Shown here piece after piece: positions 46,095-55,831 of a stretch of DNA of 64,000 nucleotides. How positions within the stretch are numbered: position 1 is the stretch's first letter; each line of letters starts with the position of its first letter. Origin of the DNA: an uncultured Acidobacteriota bacterium (lineage in GTDB: Bacteria > Acidobacteriota > Thermoanaerobaculia > UBA5066); assembly GCA_963836285.1 (NCBI GenBank), contig CAWIIN010000003.1:14708-78707 (forward strand). Direction: 5' to 3'. The position numbers and the translations under genes were made by a program. The notes under the pieces are model-generated. The model saw nothing but the letters and a program-made list of their open reading frames with translations. It did not search any database and had not been told where the DNA came from.

Positions 46095-47057
46095 TCACAA
46101 AACCCTCGTTCGCCGGTGAGCGAGGACGATCGCCGCGAGCGCGGCGAGGGCGAGCAGCGCGGCGAGGAGGAGGCGGCCCGCGAAGTCGCTCCCTCCGCCC
46201 GAGAAGACGCCCCGGAGGAGGCCCACGTACGCCGCGAGAACCGCCTGCGCGAACGGCAGCGTCCGCTTGTACCGGTACGCGGCCAACGCGACTGCCGCCG
46301 AGACGACGAGGAGGGCGAGGAGCCAGACACCCCAGTCCAGCGGCGTGAAGACGCCCGACAGGAGGCCCGTGAGGACGAGCAGGGCTCCCCCGTTCACCCA
46401 GACGTCCTCGAAGTGCGCCTTCTTCCCGTTGCGGGCCGTCACGATGCCGGCGGCCGCGAAGAGGGCGCCCGTCGCGAGAGCCTCCGATCGGAGGCGCGCG
46501 ACGTCGCCCGCCCCGAGCGACCCGTGCGCAAGGCTCAGGGAGATTCCGCGCCACGCCGCGAACGAGGCGAGCGCGAGGGAGAGGAGCATCTTCGAGTCGA
46601 ACCGGTACGCGAGCGCGGCATAGAAGAGCGCGAGGACGAGGAGGTGGAGCGGCCACGCGTTGCCGAGAAGCTTCGACTGCGCCTCGACCCACGCGAGATC
46701 GGCCGCGACGAGGAGCGCGCCGAGGAGGAGGACGTAGTCGAACGCCGGATGCGGGGAGGCGGACGGGCCCCACGACGCGGGCGCGGACCGCCGCCACGCC
46801 CAGGCGAGGCACGCGCCGGCCGCGAGCGCGACGGCCCCGGCGACGGCGGACGGGCCGATCCGGTCGACGTTCTCCTTCAGGAGGAGCCCGACCCCCGAGA
46901 CGACGAGGAGAACGCCGACGTAGAGGGCCGTGCGGATCTCCGCGCGCACGGACACGAGCTCCCCGCGCGCGACGCGCGAAAACGGCGCCGCCTGCTGCTC
47001 CTCCAGCGCCCCGTCCGCACGGAGCCGGTCGACGGCGGCCGCGACCTCGGGGCTCAT
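46095..47057 (-). CDS. membrane protein (DUF2157-like)
   Basis: Cytoplasmic N-terminal region followed by about 8 TM helices. It is adjacent to the previous membrane protein and co-directional with it. Confidence 0.45.
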   Translation of the reverse strand: MSPEVAAAVDRLRADGALEEQQAAPFSRVARGELVSVRAEIRTALYVGVLLVVSGVGLLLKENVDRIGPSAVAGAVALAAGACLAWAWRRSAPASWGPSASPHPAFDYVLLLGALLVAADLAWVEAQSKLLGNAWPLHLLVLALFYAALAYRFDSKMLLSLALASFAAWRGISLSLAHGSLGAGDVARLRSEALATGALFAAAGIVTARNGKKAHFEDVWVNGGALLVLTGLLSGVFTPLDWGVWLLALLVVSAAVALAAYRYKRTLPFAQAVLAAYVGLLRGVFSGGGSDFAGRLLLAALLALAALAAIVLAHRRTRVL

Positions 47058-47058
47058 C

Positions 47059-49746
47059 TCAACGCGTCTCGATGCCTTCGGCGATCTTCACGTCGAGCGT
47101 CTGCTTCACCTTCGTCTTCCCGTACGTGAGCGTCACGGTGTACGTGCCCGGCCGCACGAACCTCTTGCCCTCGCTGCTGGACTCGGAGAGAAACTCCTTC
47201 GTCGGCTTGAGGTCCCACGACACGCGGCCGAAGCCGGGCGTCCCGGGCGCCTCGAGCTTCGCGACGGGCACGCCGCCGGGCCCGTCGACCGTGATCTTCA
47301 CGTCGTCGACCGTGAGCGCGCGGATCCAGAACGTGAAGACCGCCCCCTCGGGCGGGTTCTTCCCACGGAAGACGGCCTTCCCGTTCCACTCGCTCCAGCC
47401 CGAGAAGCGGTTCGTGCCGAACGCCGGCTTCGGCGGGAAGAGGTGGGCGTCCTCGGCGGCGATCTCCGGCGTGAACGCCTCGAGGGCGGAGACGTCGTCC
47501 GCGATGTAGAGACTCCGCCCGTGCGTCGCGATCACGAGGTCGCGCTCCCTCGGGTGGATCGCGAGGTCGTCCACCTCGACGCTCGGGAGGCGCCCGAACC
47601 TCGTCCAGCTCGTGCCGCGGTCGAGCGACACGTAGAGGCCGAACGCCGTCCCGGCGAAGAGGAGCGACGGGTTCTTCGGGTCCTCGCGGATCACCTTCAC
47701 GGGGCCGTTCGCGGGCAGGTTCCCGGCGACGCTCGTCCACGTGCGGCCGAGGTCGGCGGTCCGGAACGCGAGAGGCGCGTCGTTGCCGGAGCGGTACGCC
47801 TCGACGGCGAGGTAGGCCGCGTTCGCGTCGTGGGCGCTCGGCTCGATGCGCTCGATCCACTCGCCCTTCGCGGCGGGAGGCAGCGACGCCGTGAGGTCCG
47901 TCCACTTCCCGCCGCCGTCGCTCGTGACCCAGAGCTTGCCGTCGTCCGTCCCCGCCCAGAGAAGGCCCGCCTGAAGCGGCGACTCCGCGAGCGCGTAGAC
48001 GACGCCGTACGTCTCGGCGCCGCTGCCCGTCGCGGTCGTCTTCTCCGGGTCCCGCGCGGACAGGTCCGGGCTCACCGGCGACCACTCCTCGCCGCGCGCC
48101 GTGAGGCGGAAGACGCGGTTGCCGCCGAGGTAGAGGACGCCCTTCTCGTGGCGGCTCGCGAAGAGCGGCGCGCACCAGTGGAAGCGGAACGCGGGGTGCC
48201 CCTCCTCCGGCTGCGGGCGGAGGCTCTTCCTCTCGCCGCTCGCGAGGTCCATCCGGAAGACGTTTCCGCCCTGGGACTCGGCATAGACGACGCCCGGCTC
48301 GGCCGGGTCGAACGCGTTCGAGAAGCCGTCGCCGCCGCCGAGGTTGATCCAGTCCGCGTTGCGGATCCCTTCCTTCGTCCCCGTCGCGGACGGCCCGATC
48401 CAGTTCAGGTTGTCCTGGAGACCACCCGCGATCCGGTACGGCGTCGCGTCGTCGAGCGCGATGCGGTAGTACTCGCCCGCGGCGATCCGGTCGAGGTGGG
48501 CCCAGTTCTTCCCGCTCTCGAAGCTCTGGTAGACGCCGCCGTCCGTCCCGAGGACGAGGTGCTTCGGGTTCTTCGGGTCGATCGCGAGCGCGTGTCCGTC
48601 CGGATGGACGGCCTCGCCGAGGTCCTCGCGGAAGCTCTGCCCGCCGTCGTCCGAGACGTGGAGCGCGATCCCGAGGACGTACACGCGCTTGTCGTTCACG
48701 GGATCGACGCGGATCTGGCTGAAGTAGAACGGGCGCGGGTCGAGCGGGCTCGTGCGCGTCCACGTCTCGCCGCCGTCCTCCGACCGGAAGACGCCCCCGC
48801 GTTTCGTGCGCAGCTCGCGGAGCGGCGTCGGCCCGCCCTCGGCCGTCTGCACGATCGCGTACACGACCTTCGGGTTCGCGCGGAAGACGTCGAGGCCGAC
48901 GCGCTGGAGGGAGCCCGGCAGCCCGCCGCCGAGCTTCTTCCACGTCCCGCCGCCATCCGTCGACTTGAAGATCCCGCCCGCATCCTTCCCATCCGACGCC
49001 TCGGGCCCCGACGCGAACGACCACGGCGTCCTCGCGCGCGCGTAGAGCGCCGCGTAGACGACGTCCGGGTCCGAGGAGTCGAGAACGACGTCGCATGCGC
49101 CGACCTTCTGCGCGAGCGCCCCGGACCCGCCGAGGACACGTGTCCACGTCGCGCCTCCGTCCGTCGTCTTGTAGAGGCCGCGCTCGCCGCCGGACGTCCA
49201 GAGGCCGCCGAGCGCCGCGACGTACGCGATCTTCGGGTCCTTCGGGTGGACGGCGATCCGCGCGATCGCGCGGGACGTCGTGAGGCCGACGTGCGCCCAC
49301 GTCGCGCCGCGGTCCGTGGAGCGGTAGATGCCGTCGCCCCAGCCGGCCGTGTTGCGGTCCGTCCCCTCGCCGGTCCCGACCCAGACGGTCTTCGGGTCGG
49401 CCGGCGAGACGGCGACGGCACCGACGGAGGCAACGCTCTCCTTCTCGAAGACGGCCTGGAACGTCGCCCCGTCGTTCGCCGTGTGGAACGCGCCGCCCGT
49501 CGCGAGCGCGACCCAGAACCCGGCCGGGTTCTCGGGGTCGAGCGCAATGTCGGTGACGCGCCCGCCCATTACGGCGGGCCCGATGGACCGCGCCGCGAAG
49601 GCGCGAAGCCCGGCTTCCGGCACGGCGCGCGCCGGCGAGGGGGGAGCCAGCGCGGGCGCCGCCTTCTTCGGGGCCGAGAGTCCGGCCGAGGGGAAGGCGA
49701 GGACGAGCAGGCTGAGGGCGAACGGGCGGAAGGACATGCGAGTCAC
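47059..49746 (-). CDS. secreted BNR/Asp-box repeat protein (sortilin/VPS10 or GH74-like beta-propellers)
   Basis: Signal peptide MTRMSFRPFALSLLVLAFPSAGLSAP. There are many S-x-D-x-G-x-T-W Asp-box repeats (STDRGATW, TTDGGATW, STDGGGTW, SEDGGETW, SDDGGQSF…). Confidence 0.8.
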   Translation of the reverse strand: MTRMSFRPFALSLLVLAFPSAGLSAPKKAAPALAPPSPARAVPEAGLRAFAARSIGPAVMGGRVTDIALDPENPAGFWVALATGGAFHTANDGATFQAVFEKESVASVGAVAVSPADPKTVWVGTGEGTDRNTAGWGDGIYRSTDRGATWAHVGLTTSRAIARIAVHPKDPKIAYVAALGGLWTSGGERGLYKTTDGGATWTRVLGGSGALAQKVGACDVVLDSSDPDVVYAALYARARTPWSFASGPEASDGKDAGGIFKSTDGGGTWKKLGGGLPGSLQRVGLDVFRANPKVVYAIVQTAEGGPTPLRELRTKRGGVFRSEDGGETWTRTSPLDPRPFYFSQIRVDPVNDKRVYVLGIALHVSDDGGQSFREDLGEAVHPDGHALAIDPKNPKHLVLGTDGGVYQSFESGKNWAHLDRIAAGEYYRIALDDATPYRIAGGLQDNLNWIGPSATGTKEGIRNADWINLGGGDGFSNAFDPAEPGVVYAESQGGNVFRMDLASGERKSLRPQPEEGHPAFRFHWCAPLFASRHEKGVLYLGGNRVFRLTARGEEWSPVSPDLSARDPEKTTATGSGAETYGVVYALAESPLQAGLLWAGTDDGKLWVTSDGGGKWTDLTASLPPAAKGEWIERIEPSAHDANAAYLAVEAYRSGNDAPLAFRTADLGRTWTSVAGNLPANGPVKVIREDPKNPSLLFAGTAFGLYVSLDRGTSWTRFGRLPSVEVDDLAIHPRERDLVIATHGRSLYIADDVSALEAFTPEIAAEDAHLFPPKPAFGTNRFSGWSEWNGKAVFRGKNPPEGAVFTFWIRALTVDDVKITVDGPGGVPVAKLEAPGTPGFGRVSWDLKPTKEFLSESSSEGKRFVRPGTYTVTLTYGKTKVKQTLDVKIAEGIETR

Positions 49747-49790
49747 CTCGGTGCGGGGATCGGCTCAGGATACGGTACAGTGGCCCGCGT

Positions 49791-50678
49791 ATGCCGCTCC
49801 GTTGGGTCGTCCTCGGCGCCGGCGGGCAGCTCGGCCAGGCACTCGCGCGTGAGCTGCGAAAGGCCGGGCACGAGGTCACGGCGCTCACGCGCGCCGCGCT
49901 CGACGTGACGCAGCGCTTCGCCGTCCTCGACCGCGTCGCCAAGCTCAAGCCCGAGGTCATCGCGAACGCGACCGTCCTCGGCGTGGACCCGTCGGAGGAC
50001 GACCCGAAGGCGGCGCTCGCGGTCAACGCGTTCGCCGTCCGTTCGCTCGCCGACGTCGCCCGATCCACGGACGCGGCGCTCGTCCACTTCTCGTCGGACT
50101 ACGTCTTCGACGGCGCCGCGACCGCGCCCTACCGCGAGACGGACCGGCCGAACCCCGTGAACGTCTACGGCGCCACGAAGCTGCTCGGCGAGCTCTACGC
50201 CCAGAACGCGCCGCGCGGTTACGTGCTTAGGGTCGAGGGGCTCTTCGGGACGCCCGGCGGAAAAGGGACGATCGACAAGATGATCGCCGAGGCCCGCCAG
50301 GGCCGCACGCTCACCGCGTTCTACGATCGCAAGGTCTCCCCCGTCCACGTGGACGACGTCGCGACCGCGACGCGCCGACTCGTCGAGAAGAACGCGTCCG
50401 CGGGAATCTGGCACTGCGTGAACTCGGGGGTCGCGACCTGGCACGAGATCGCGCTCGAAATCGTGCGGTTCACCTCGAGCCCGTCCAACGTCATCCCCGC
50501 CTCTCTGGAACGTTCCGGCCTGCGGGTCGCGCGGCCGCTCTTCTCGGCCCTCTCGAACGAGAAGCTCGCGAACGCGGGCATGGACCTCCCGACCTGGCAG
50601 ACCGCGCTCGCGCGCGCGATCGGCGAGGCCCCCGCGCCGCCGCCGCGGCCGCTCTCGGGCGTCCGGCCGAAGGCCTGA
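49791..50678 (+). CDS. rmlD: dTDP-4-dehydrorhamnose reductase
   Basis: MPLRWVVLGAGGQLGQAL... with the Rossmann fold, the YGATK catalytic motif, and the characteristic length of about 295 aa. Confidence 0.85.
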   Translation: MPLRWVVLGAGGQLGQALARELRKAGHEVTALTRAALDVTQRFAVLDRVAKLKPEVIANATVLGVDPSEDDPKAALAVNAFAVRSLADVARSTDAALVHFSSDYVFDGAATAPYRETDRPNPVNVYGATKLLGELYAQNAPRGYVLRVEGLFGTPGGKGTIDKMIAEARQGRTLTAFYDRKVSPVHVDDVATATRRLVEKNASAGIWHCVNSGVATWHEIALEIVRFTSSPSNVIPASLERSGLRVARPLFSALSNEKLANAGMDLPTWQTALARAIGEAPAPPPRPLSGVRPKA

Positions 50679-50695
50679 CGCCGGGCCTTCCCCGC

Positions 50696-51073
50696 CTACC
50701 GTCCCGCGGCGATCACGAACGCCCAGTTCGCCGCGACCGCGAGCGCGGCCGCCGCGCCGGCCCATCGCGGAGGGGCGCCGTCCGGGACGCCCTTCCCGCC
50801 GAGCGCCCTCGCGAGCGCGACGAGCCCACCCGCGAGGAAGAAGACGACGACGAGGGTCACGAGCGGGTTCCAGGAGAGCGCCGCGCCGAGGTCGAGACGC
50901 ACGAGCGCGAAGAGGGCGCGCGTCGCTCCGCATGTCGGGCACGGGATGCCCGTGAGCGTGTGGAAGAGGCAGGCGGGCGCACCCGCCGCGAGGACGCGGG
51001 CAAACGGGGCGGCCGCGGCGCCGGCGAGCGCCGTGCCGCCCCAGAGAAACGCGAGCTGCCGCCCGGGCGCCAC
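50696..51073 (-). CDS. DUF2752 domain membrane protein
   Basis: GTG start. The LFHTLTGIPCPTCGATRA signature of DUF2752 is present. Confidence 0.6.
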   Translation of the reverse strand: MAPGRQLAFLWGGTALAGAAAAPFARVLAAGAPACLFHTLTGIPCPTCGATRALFALVRLDLGAALSWNPLVTLVVVFFLAGGLVALARALGGKGVPDGAPPRWAGAAAALAVAANWAFVIAAGR

Positions 51074-51075
51074 GT

Positions 51076-51792
51076 CTACTTGTTGAAAGCCGAGAAGAGG
51101 GCCGCGCCGGCGAAAACGAGCCCGATCGCGATGCAGACGCAGCAGAGGAGCGACGGCAGGAGGATTCCGACGAGCGCCTTGCCCTGCGTCGTCTTGTGGA
51201 GCTGCTGGGCGCCGAGCATCATGAGGTAGATTCGCCAGACCGCCACGACGAGCCCGCCGACGAACGGAATCACGAGGGCGATGTGCGCGATCGACGAGTA
51301 CGACACGACGCGGAACGTGCCTTCGAACTGCGACTTCGAGCCCGCGAGCGCGCCGACGATCATGAACGACACGTGCAGGATCGCGCTCCCGATGAACAGA
51401 CCGATGACGATGAAGAACGGCGCGAGGATGATGTTCACGATCAGGCCCCGACCCGAACCCATCATGGCGTAGTGGCGGTACTGCGCCGGGAGCATCCGGA
51501 CCATGCCGGCCCCGAAGATCGAGCCCCACACCGCGTTGAAGATCGCGCCGATCCACGCGACGATCAGCGCGAAGAGGAGGGGCCGCGTGTAGTCACCCGT
51601 CTCCCGCGTGAGCCGCCAGGCCTGCTCGGGAGCCGTGATGAACATCTTCGCGGTGTCGAGGAACGACTCGGGGCCGATGGCCTGCGTTTCCCACGCGAGG
51701 CCGGGTCCGGCCGGAGCGTAGGGCGGCGGGCCCTGAGGCGGCGGGGGCGGGGGCGGGGGATAACCCGAACCGGGCGGCGGAACGCTCGACAT
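51076..51792 (-). CDS. Yip1-family membrane protein with Pro-rich N-terminus
   Basis: Start MSSVPPPGSGYPPPPPPPPQGPPPYAPAGPG, followed by about 5 TM helices in the Yip1/DUF4013-like pattern. Confidence 0.55.
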   Translation of the reverse strand: MSSVPPPGSGYPPPPPPPPQGPPPYAPAGPGLAWETQAIGPESFLDTAKMFITAPEQAWRLTRETGDYTRPLLFALIVAWIGAIFNAVWGSIFGAGMVRMLPAQYRHYAMMGSGRGLIVNIILAPFFIVIGLFIGSAILHVSFMIVGALAGSKSQFEGTFRVVSYSSIAHIALVIPFVGGLVVAVWRIYLMMLGAQQLHKTTQGKALVGILLPSLLCCVCIAIGLVFAGAALFSAFNK

Positions 51793-51868
51793 GAAGACCT
51801 CCTCTCGACTGGTGGGACGGATCCTACCGCTGCTACGCTGCCCTGCGTAGACTCTGGAGGATTTCCGG

Positions 51869-53923
51869 ATGCGAATGCTCCGTCCCCGTCCCGTTCCGTT
51901 CGCCGCTCTTCTCTTCCTCCTCGCCCTGGTCCCCGTCTCCAGCGCCGCGGGATCGCCCGCCGCGAAGAAGAAGTTCGGCCTCGACGACCTCTGGGCCGTG
52001 AAGAGGGTCGGCCCGCCCGCGGTCTCGCCCGACGGCACGCGCGCCGCCGTGGCGGTCACGGCGTACGAGGGCGACGAGATGAAGGCGAACGCCGACCTCT
52101 GGCTCGTGGACGTCGTGTCCGGCGCGTCGCACCGCCTGACCTCGAGCAAGGCCTCCGACTCGTCGCCCGTCTTCAGCCCGGACGGCAAACGCCTCGCGTT
52201 CCTCTCGAAGAGGGAGGGCGACGCCGCGAACGAACTCTACGTCCTGCCGCTCGACGGCGGCGAGGCCGAACGCCTCACGGAGATGCCGACGGCCGTCACG
52301 AACCCGAAGTGGTTTCCGGACGGCACGCGTATCGCCTTCCTCGCGAACGTCGTCGCGGGCGCGGAATCTCCCGAGGAGACGAAGAAGGCGCTCGAGAAGA
52401 AGGAGAAGGCGAGCGTCAAGGTCCGCACGACCGAGAACCGCCTCTACCGCTTCTGGACCCACTGGCTGACCGACGGCGAATACCCGCACCTCTACGTCGT
52501 GGACGTCTCATCGAAGAAGGTCACGGACCTCACGCCGGGCAGCCGGCGGCTCTTCGGCCTCGACGAGGGGGGATCCTTCGACGTCGCGCCGGACGGTAGG
52601 TCGATCGTCTTCGCGGCCAACAGCACGCCCGAGCCGTACCGGACGCTGAACTGGGATCTCTTCCTCGTCCCGGCGGACGGCGGAGAGGTGAAAAACCTGA
52701 CGCCGGACCGGGCGGGCGAGGACGTGAACCCCGTCTTTTCGCCGGACGGGAAAGTCGTCGCGTTCGGGACGCATCTCAAGGCCGACGGCTGGCCCGACTA
52801 CACGCGCCTCGCGCTCCTCGACGTCGCGTCGGGGAAGGTCACGCTCCTGACGGACGGCTGGGAGAGCTCCTGCGCCGGCTGGATGTTCGCGAAGGACGGC
52901 CGGACGCTCGTCTTCACCGCGGAGGCCCGGGCGCGGACAAACCTGTATTCGCTCCCCGTCACCGGAAGGACTCCGCGCCTCGTATGGAAGGGTGGCACGG
53001 CCTCGACGCCTTCCGTCACGCCGGTGGACACGGTCGTCTTCCAGCGGCACGACCTGAACCACCCGCCCGAGATCGCGGCCATCGGGCTCGACGGCACGGC
53101 CTTCCGGATGCTCACGCACGTCAACGACGCGCTCGCCGCGTCGTGGGATCTCGGCGCCGTCGAGGACGTGACGTTCAAGGGCGCCGGCGGCGACGACGTC
53201 CAGATGTTCGTCGTGTCCCCGCCCGGGGCCGAGAAGGGAAAGAAATACCCGCTCGTCCAGCTGATCCACGGCGGCCCCGTCGGGACGTTCGGCGACGCGT
53301 TCTCCTTCCGCTGGCACCCGCACGCATTCGCGGCGCCGGGCTACGTCGTCGCGATGGTGAACTTCCACGGCTCGTCGAGCTTCGGGCAGAAGTGGGTCGA
53401 ATCGATCCTCGGCGCGCACCCGGACAAGCCGTTCATGGACGTCATGAAGGCGACGGACGCGCTCATCGCGCAGGGGCGCGTCGATCCCGCGCGGATGGCC
53501 GCGGCGGGCGGCTCGTACGGCGGCTTCCTCGTGGACTGGATCGCCGGCCACACGGACCGCTTCAAGTGCCTCGTCTCCCACGCCGGCGTCTACGACCTCA
53601 TGGCCCAGTTCGCCTCGGACGTGACGTACGGCCGGCACCATTCCTACGGCGGGTCTCCGTTCACGAACCGCGACGCCGTCGAGAAATGGAGCCCGAACCG
53701 CTACGCCGCCGCCTTCACGACTCCCGTCCTCGTCCTCCACGGCGAGAAGGACTACCGCGTGCCGATCGGGCAGGGCCTCGAGTTCTACGGCACGCTCACG
53801 GCCAAGGGAGTCCCGGCTCGCCTCGTCTACTTCCCGGACGAGGGCCACTGGATCCTGAGGGGACCGAACGCGAAGGTCTGGTATTCCGAGGTTCTCGGCT
53901 GGCTGGATCGGTGGCTGAGGTGA
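51869..53923 (+). CDS. S9 family peptidase (acylaminoacyl-peptidase/dipeptidyl-peptidase-like) with TolB-like beta-propeller, secreted
   Basis: Signal peptide. Repeated 'SPDG' propeller blades are present. The catalytic domain carries GGSYGG and the His region DEGHW. Confidence 0.85.
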   Translation: MRMLRPRPVPFAALLFLLALVPVSSAAGSPAAKKKFGLDDLWAVKRVGPPAVSPDGTRAAVAVTAYEGDEMKANADLWLVDVVSGASHRLTSSKASDSSPVFSPDGKRLAFLSKREGDAANELYVLPLDGGEAERLTEMPTAVTNPKWFPDGTRIAFLANVVAGAESPEETKKALEKKEKASVKVRTTENRLYRFWTHWLTDGEYPHLYVVDVSSKKVTDLTPGSRRLFGLDEGGSFDVAPDGRSIVFAANSTPEPYRTLNWDLFLVPADGGEVKNLTPDRAGEDVNPVFSPDGKVVAFGTHLKADGWPDYTRLALLDVASGKVTLLTDGWESSCAGWMFAKDGRTLVFTAEARARTNLYSLPVTGRTPRLVWKGGTASTPSVTPVDTVVFQRHDLNHPPEIAAIGLDGTAFRMLTHVNDALAASWDLGAVEDVTFKGAGGDDVQMFVVSPPGAEKGKKYPLVQLIHGGPVGTFGDAFSFRWHPHAFAAPGYVVAMVNFHGSSSFGQKWVESILGAHPDKPFMDVMKATDALIAQGRVDPARMAAAGGSYGGFLVDWIAGHTDRFKCLVSHAGVYDLMAQFASDVTYGRHHSYGGSPFTNRDAVEKWSPNRYAAAFTTPVLVLHGEKDYRVPIGQGLEFYGTLTAKGVPARLVYFPDEGHWILRGPNAKVWYSEVLGWLDRWLR

Positions 53924-53927
53924 CGCC

Positions 53928-54911
53928 ATGAAGTACACGACACTCGGCAGGACGGGAGTGACGGTTTCGCGCCTCGCGCTCGGCTGCATGTCGTACGGGA
54001 CGCCGACGTGGAGGCCGTGGGTCCTCACCGAGGAGCAGGCGCAGCCGTTCTTTCGCCGGGCACTCGAGGCCGGGATCAACTTCTTCGACACGGCCGACAT
54101 GTACTCGCTCGGCGTCAGCGAGGAGATCACGGGCCGAGCGCTCCGCGCCTACGGACGGATGGAGGAGATCGTCCTCGCGACGAAGGTCCATTTCCCAATG
54201 ACGGGCGGCCCGAACATGGGCGGTCTCTCGAAAAAGCACGTCGTCCAGGGGTGCGAGGCGAGCCTGAAGCGCCTCGGCGTCGGGACGATCGACCTCCTCC
54301 AGATCCACCGCTTCGACGGCGCCGTGCCGCTCGACGAGACCCTCGCGGCGTTCGACCTCCTCGTGAAGCAGGGCAAGGTCCGTTACATCGGAGCCAGCTC
54401 CGGACCGGCGTACAAGCTCGCGAAAGCGCTCGCGCTCTCGGACGCGCGGGGCTTCCCGCGCTTTTCCTCGATGCAGAACCACTACAACCTCCTGTACCGC
54501 GAGGAGGAGCGCGAGATGCTCCCGCTCTGCCGCGAGGAGGGCCTCGCCGTGATCCCGTGGTCGCCCCTGGCGCGCGGCCTCCTCGCCGGCGCGCGCGCGT
54601 CCGCGAAGGACGCCGGGGCGACGGCGCGCGGTGCCTCGGACGACTACACGGGGAAGCTCTACGACGCTCCGTCGGACGCGGACGTCATCGCGGCCGTCCG
54701 CCGGGTCGCGTCCGCCCGGGGCTCCTCGCCCGCCGAGGTCGCGCTCGCGTGGCTCCTCTCCCGCCCCGGCGTCACGGCCCCCATCGTCGGCGCGACGAAG
54801 CTCGAGCACCTCGAGACGGCGCTGAAGGCGGTGGACGTCGTCCTTTCCGACGAGGAGGTCGCCGCGCTCGAGGCTCCTTACGTCCCGCACGCCGTGCGCG
54901 GATTCCGATGA
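53928..54911 (+). CDS. aldo/keto reductase
   Basis: MKYTTLGRTGVTVSRLALGCMSYG…, FFDTADMYS, and IGASS AKR motifs are present. Confidence 0.85.
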   Translation: MKYTTLGRTGVTVSRLALGCMSYGTPTWRPWVLTEEQAQPFFRRALEAGINFFDTADMYSLGVSEEITGRALRAYGRMEEIVLATKVHFPMTGGPNMGGLSKKHVVQGCEASLKRLGVGTIDLLQIHRFDGAVPLDETLAAFDLLVKQGKVRYIGASSGPAYKLAKALALSDARGFPRFSSMQNHYNLLYREEEREMLPLCREEGLAVIPWSPLARGLLAGARASAKDAGATARGASDDYTGKLYDAPSDADVIAAVRRVASARGSSPAEVALAWLLSRPGVTAPIVGATKLEHLETALKAVDVVLSDEEVAALEAPYVPHAVRGFR

Positions 54912-54967
54912 GGCGCGCGGGCGGGCGGCGGCCGTTCGTGTTCCAATAAGCCACCGTCGTACGGTCG

Positions 54968-55825
54968 ATGCCTGCTCACTCCAGCCTCTTCTGGGGTCTC
55001 GCCGGGGCCGCCCTCGTCGTGGCGACCTGGCTGCTCCACTGGTTCCGGGTCGCCCGCCTCGTGCGGCGCGAGAAGGCCCTCGCGCGCGAACTCAAGGAGC
55101 GGACCCAGGAGCTGAAGGAGAAGACGGCCGAGCTCGAGCAGACGAACGCGCTCCTCGCCGAGACCTCGCTGACGGACAAGCTCACGGGCCTCAAGAACCC
55201 GCGTTTCGTCGAGGCCGCGATCGGGATGCTGCTCGCGCCGGCCCGCAAGCCGCTGCGCGACCCCGAGCAGCGAACGGAGTGCGTCGCGATCCTGCTCGCC
55301 GACGTCGACCGGCTCGAGGCGATCAACGACACGCACGGACCCGAGGCGGGCGACGCCGTCCTGCAGGCCGTCGCGGACGCGATCTCCGCCTCGGTGCGCG
55401 GCGGCACCGTCGTCGCGCGCTGGAGCGGCGACGAGTTCCTCGTCGTCGCGCGCGTCCGCTTCGGCGGAGAGGCGGGAGCCCTCGCCGTGCGGCTGAGACA
55501 CGCCGTCGCGTCCTGGGTGAAGACGGGCCCCCCGGACGCGGTGCAGCCCGTCACGATCTCGATCGGGTTCTCGATCGAGCCGCTCATGCGCGCGCGTCCG
55601 CACCTCGCCTCTTTCCGGGACCACCTCGCTCTCGCGGGCGGCGCGCTCGCGCGCGCGAAGGCCGCCGGCGGGAACGTCGCGTGCGGGTGGCGCGTGAACG
55701 ACGAGGCGCTCGAGGCCGCGATCGCGCTCCACGGCGAGCCCGGCGCCGTGCGCGTTCTCCGGAAGCCCGACGAGGCCGAGGCCGCCGGCCTCATCGGCCT
55801 CTCGCTCGAGCACCGCGACGGCTGA
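54968..55825 (+). CDS. GGDEF-domain protein (variant SGDEF active-site motif), membrane-anchored with coiled coil
   Basis: N-terminal TM helix and coiled coil (ELKERTQELKEKTAELEQ). The GGDEF fold region LTGLKNPRF...DVDRLEAINDTHG...RWSGDEFLVV is present. Confidence 0.7.
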   Translation: MPAHSSLFWGLAGAALVVATWLLHWFRVARLVRREKALARELKERTQELKEKTAELEQTNALLAETSLTDKLTGLKNPRFVEAAIGMLLAPARKPLRDPEQRTECVAILLADVDRLEAINDTHGPEAGDAVLQAVADAISASVRGGTVVARWSGDEFLVVARVRFGGEAGALAVRLRHAVASWVKTGPPDAVQPVTISIGFSIEPLMRARPHLASFRDHLALAGGALARAKAAGGNVACGWRVNDEALEAAIALHGEPGAVRVLRKPDEAEAAGLIGLSLEHRDG

Positions 55826-55831
55826 CCCGGG

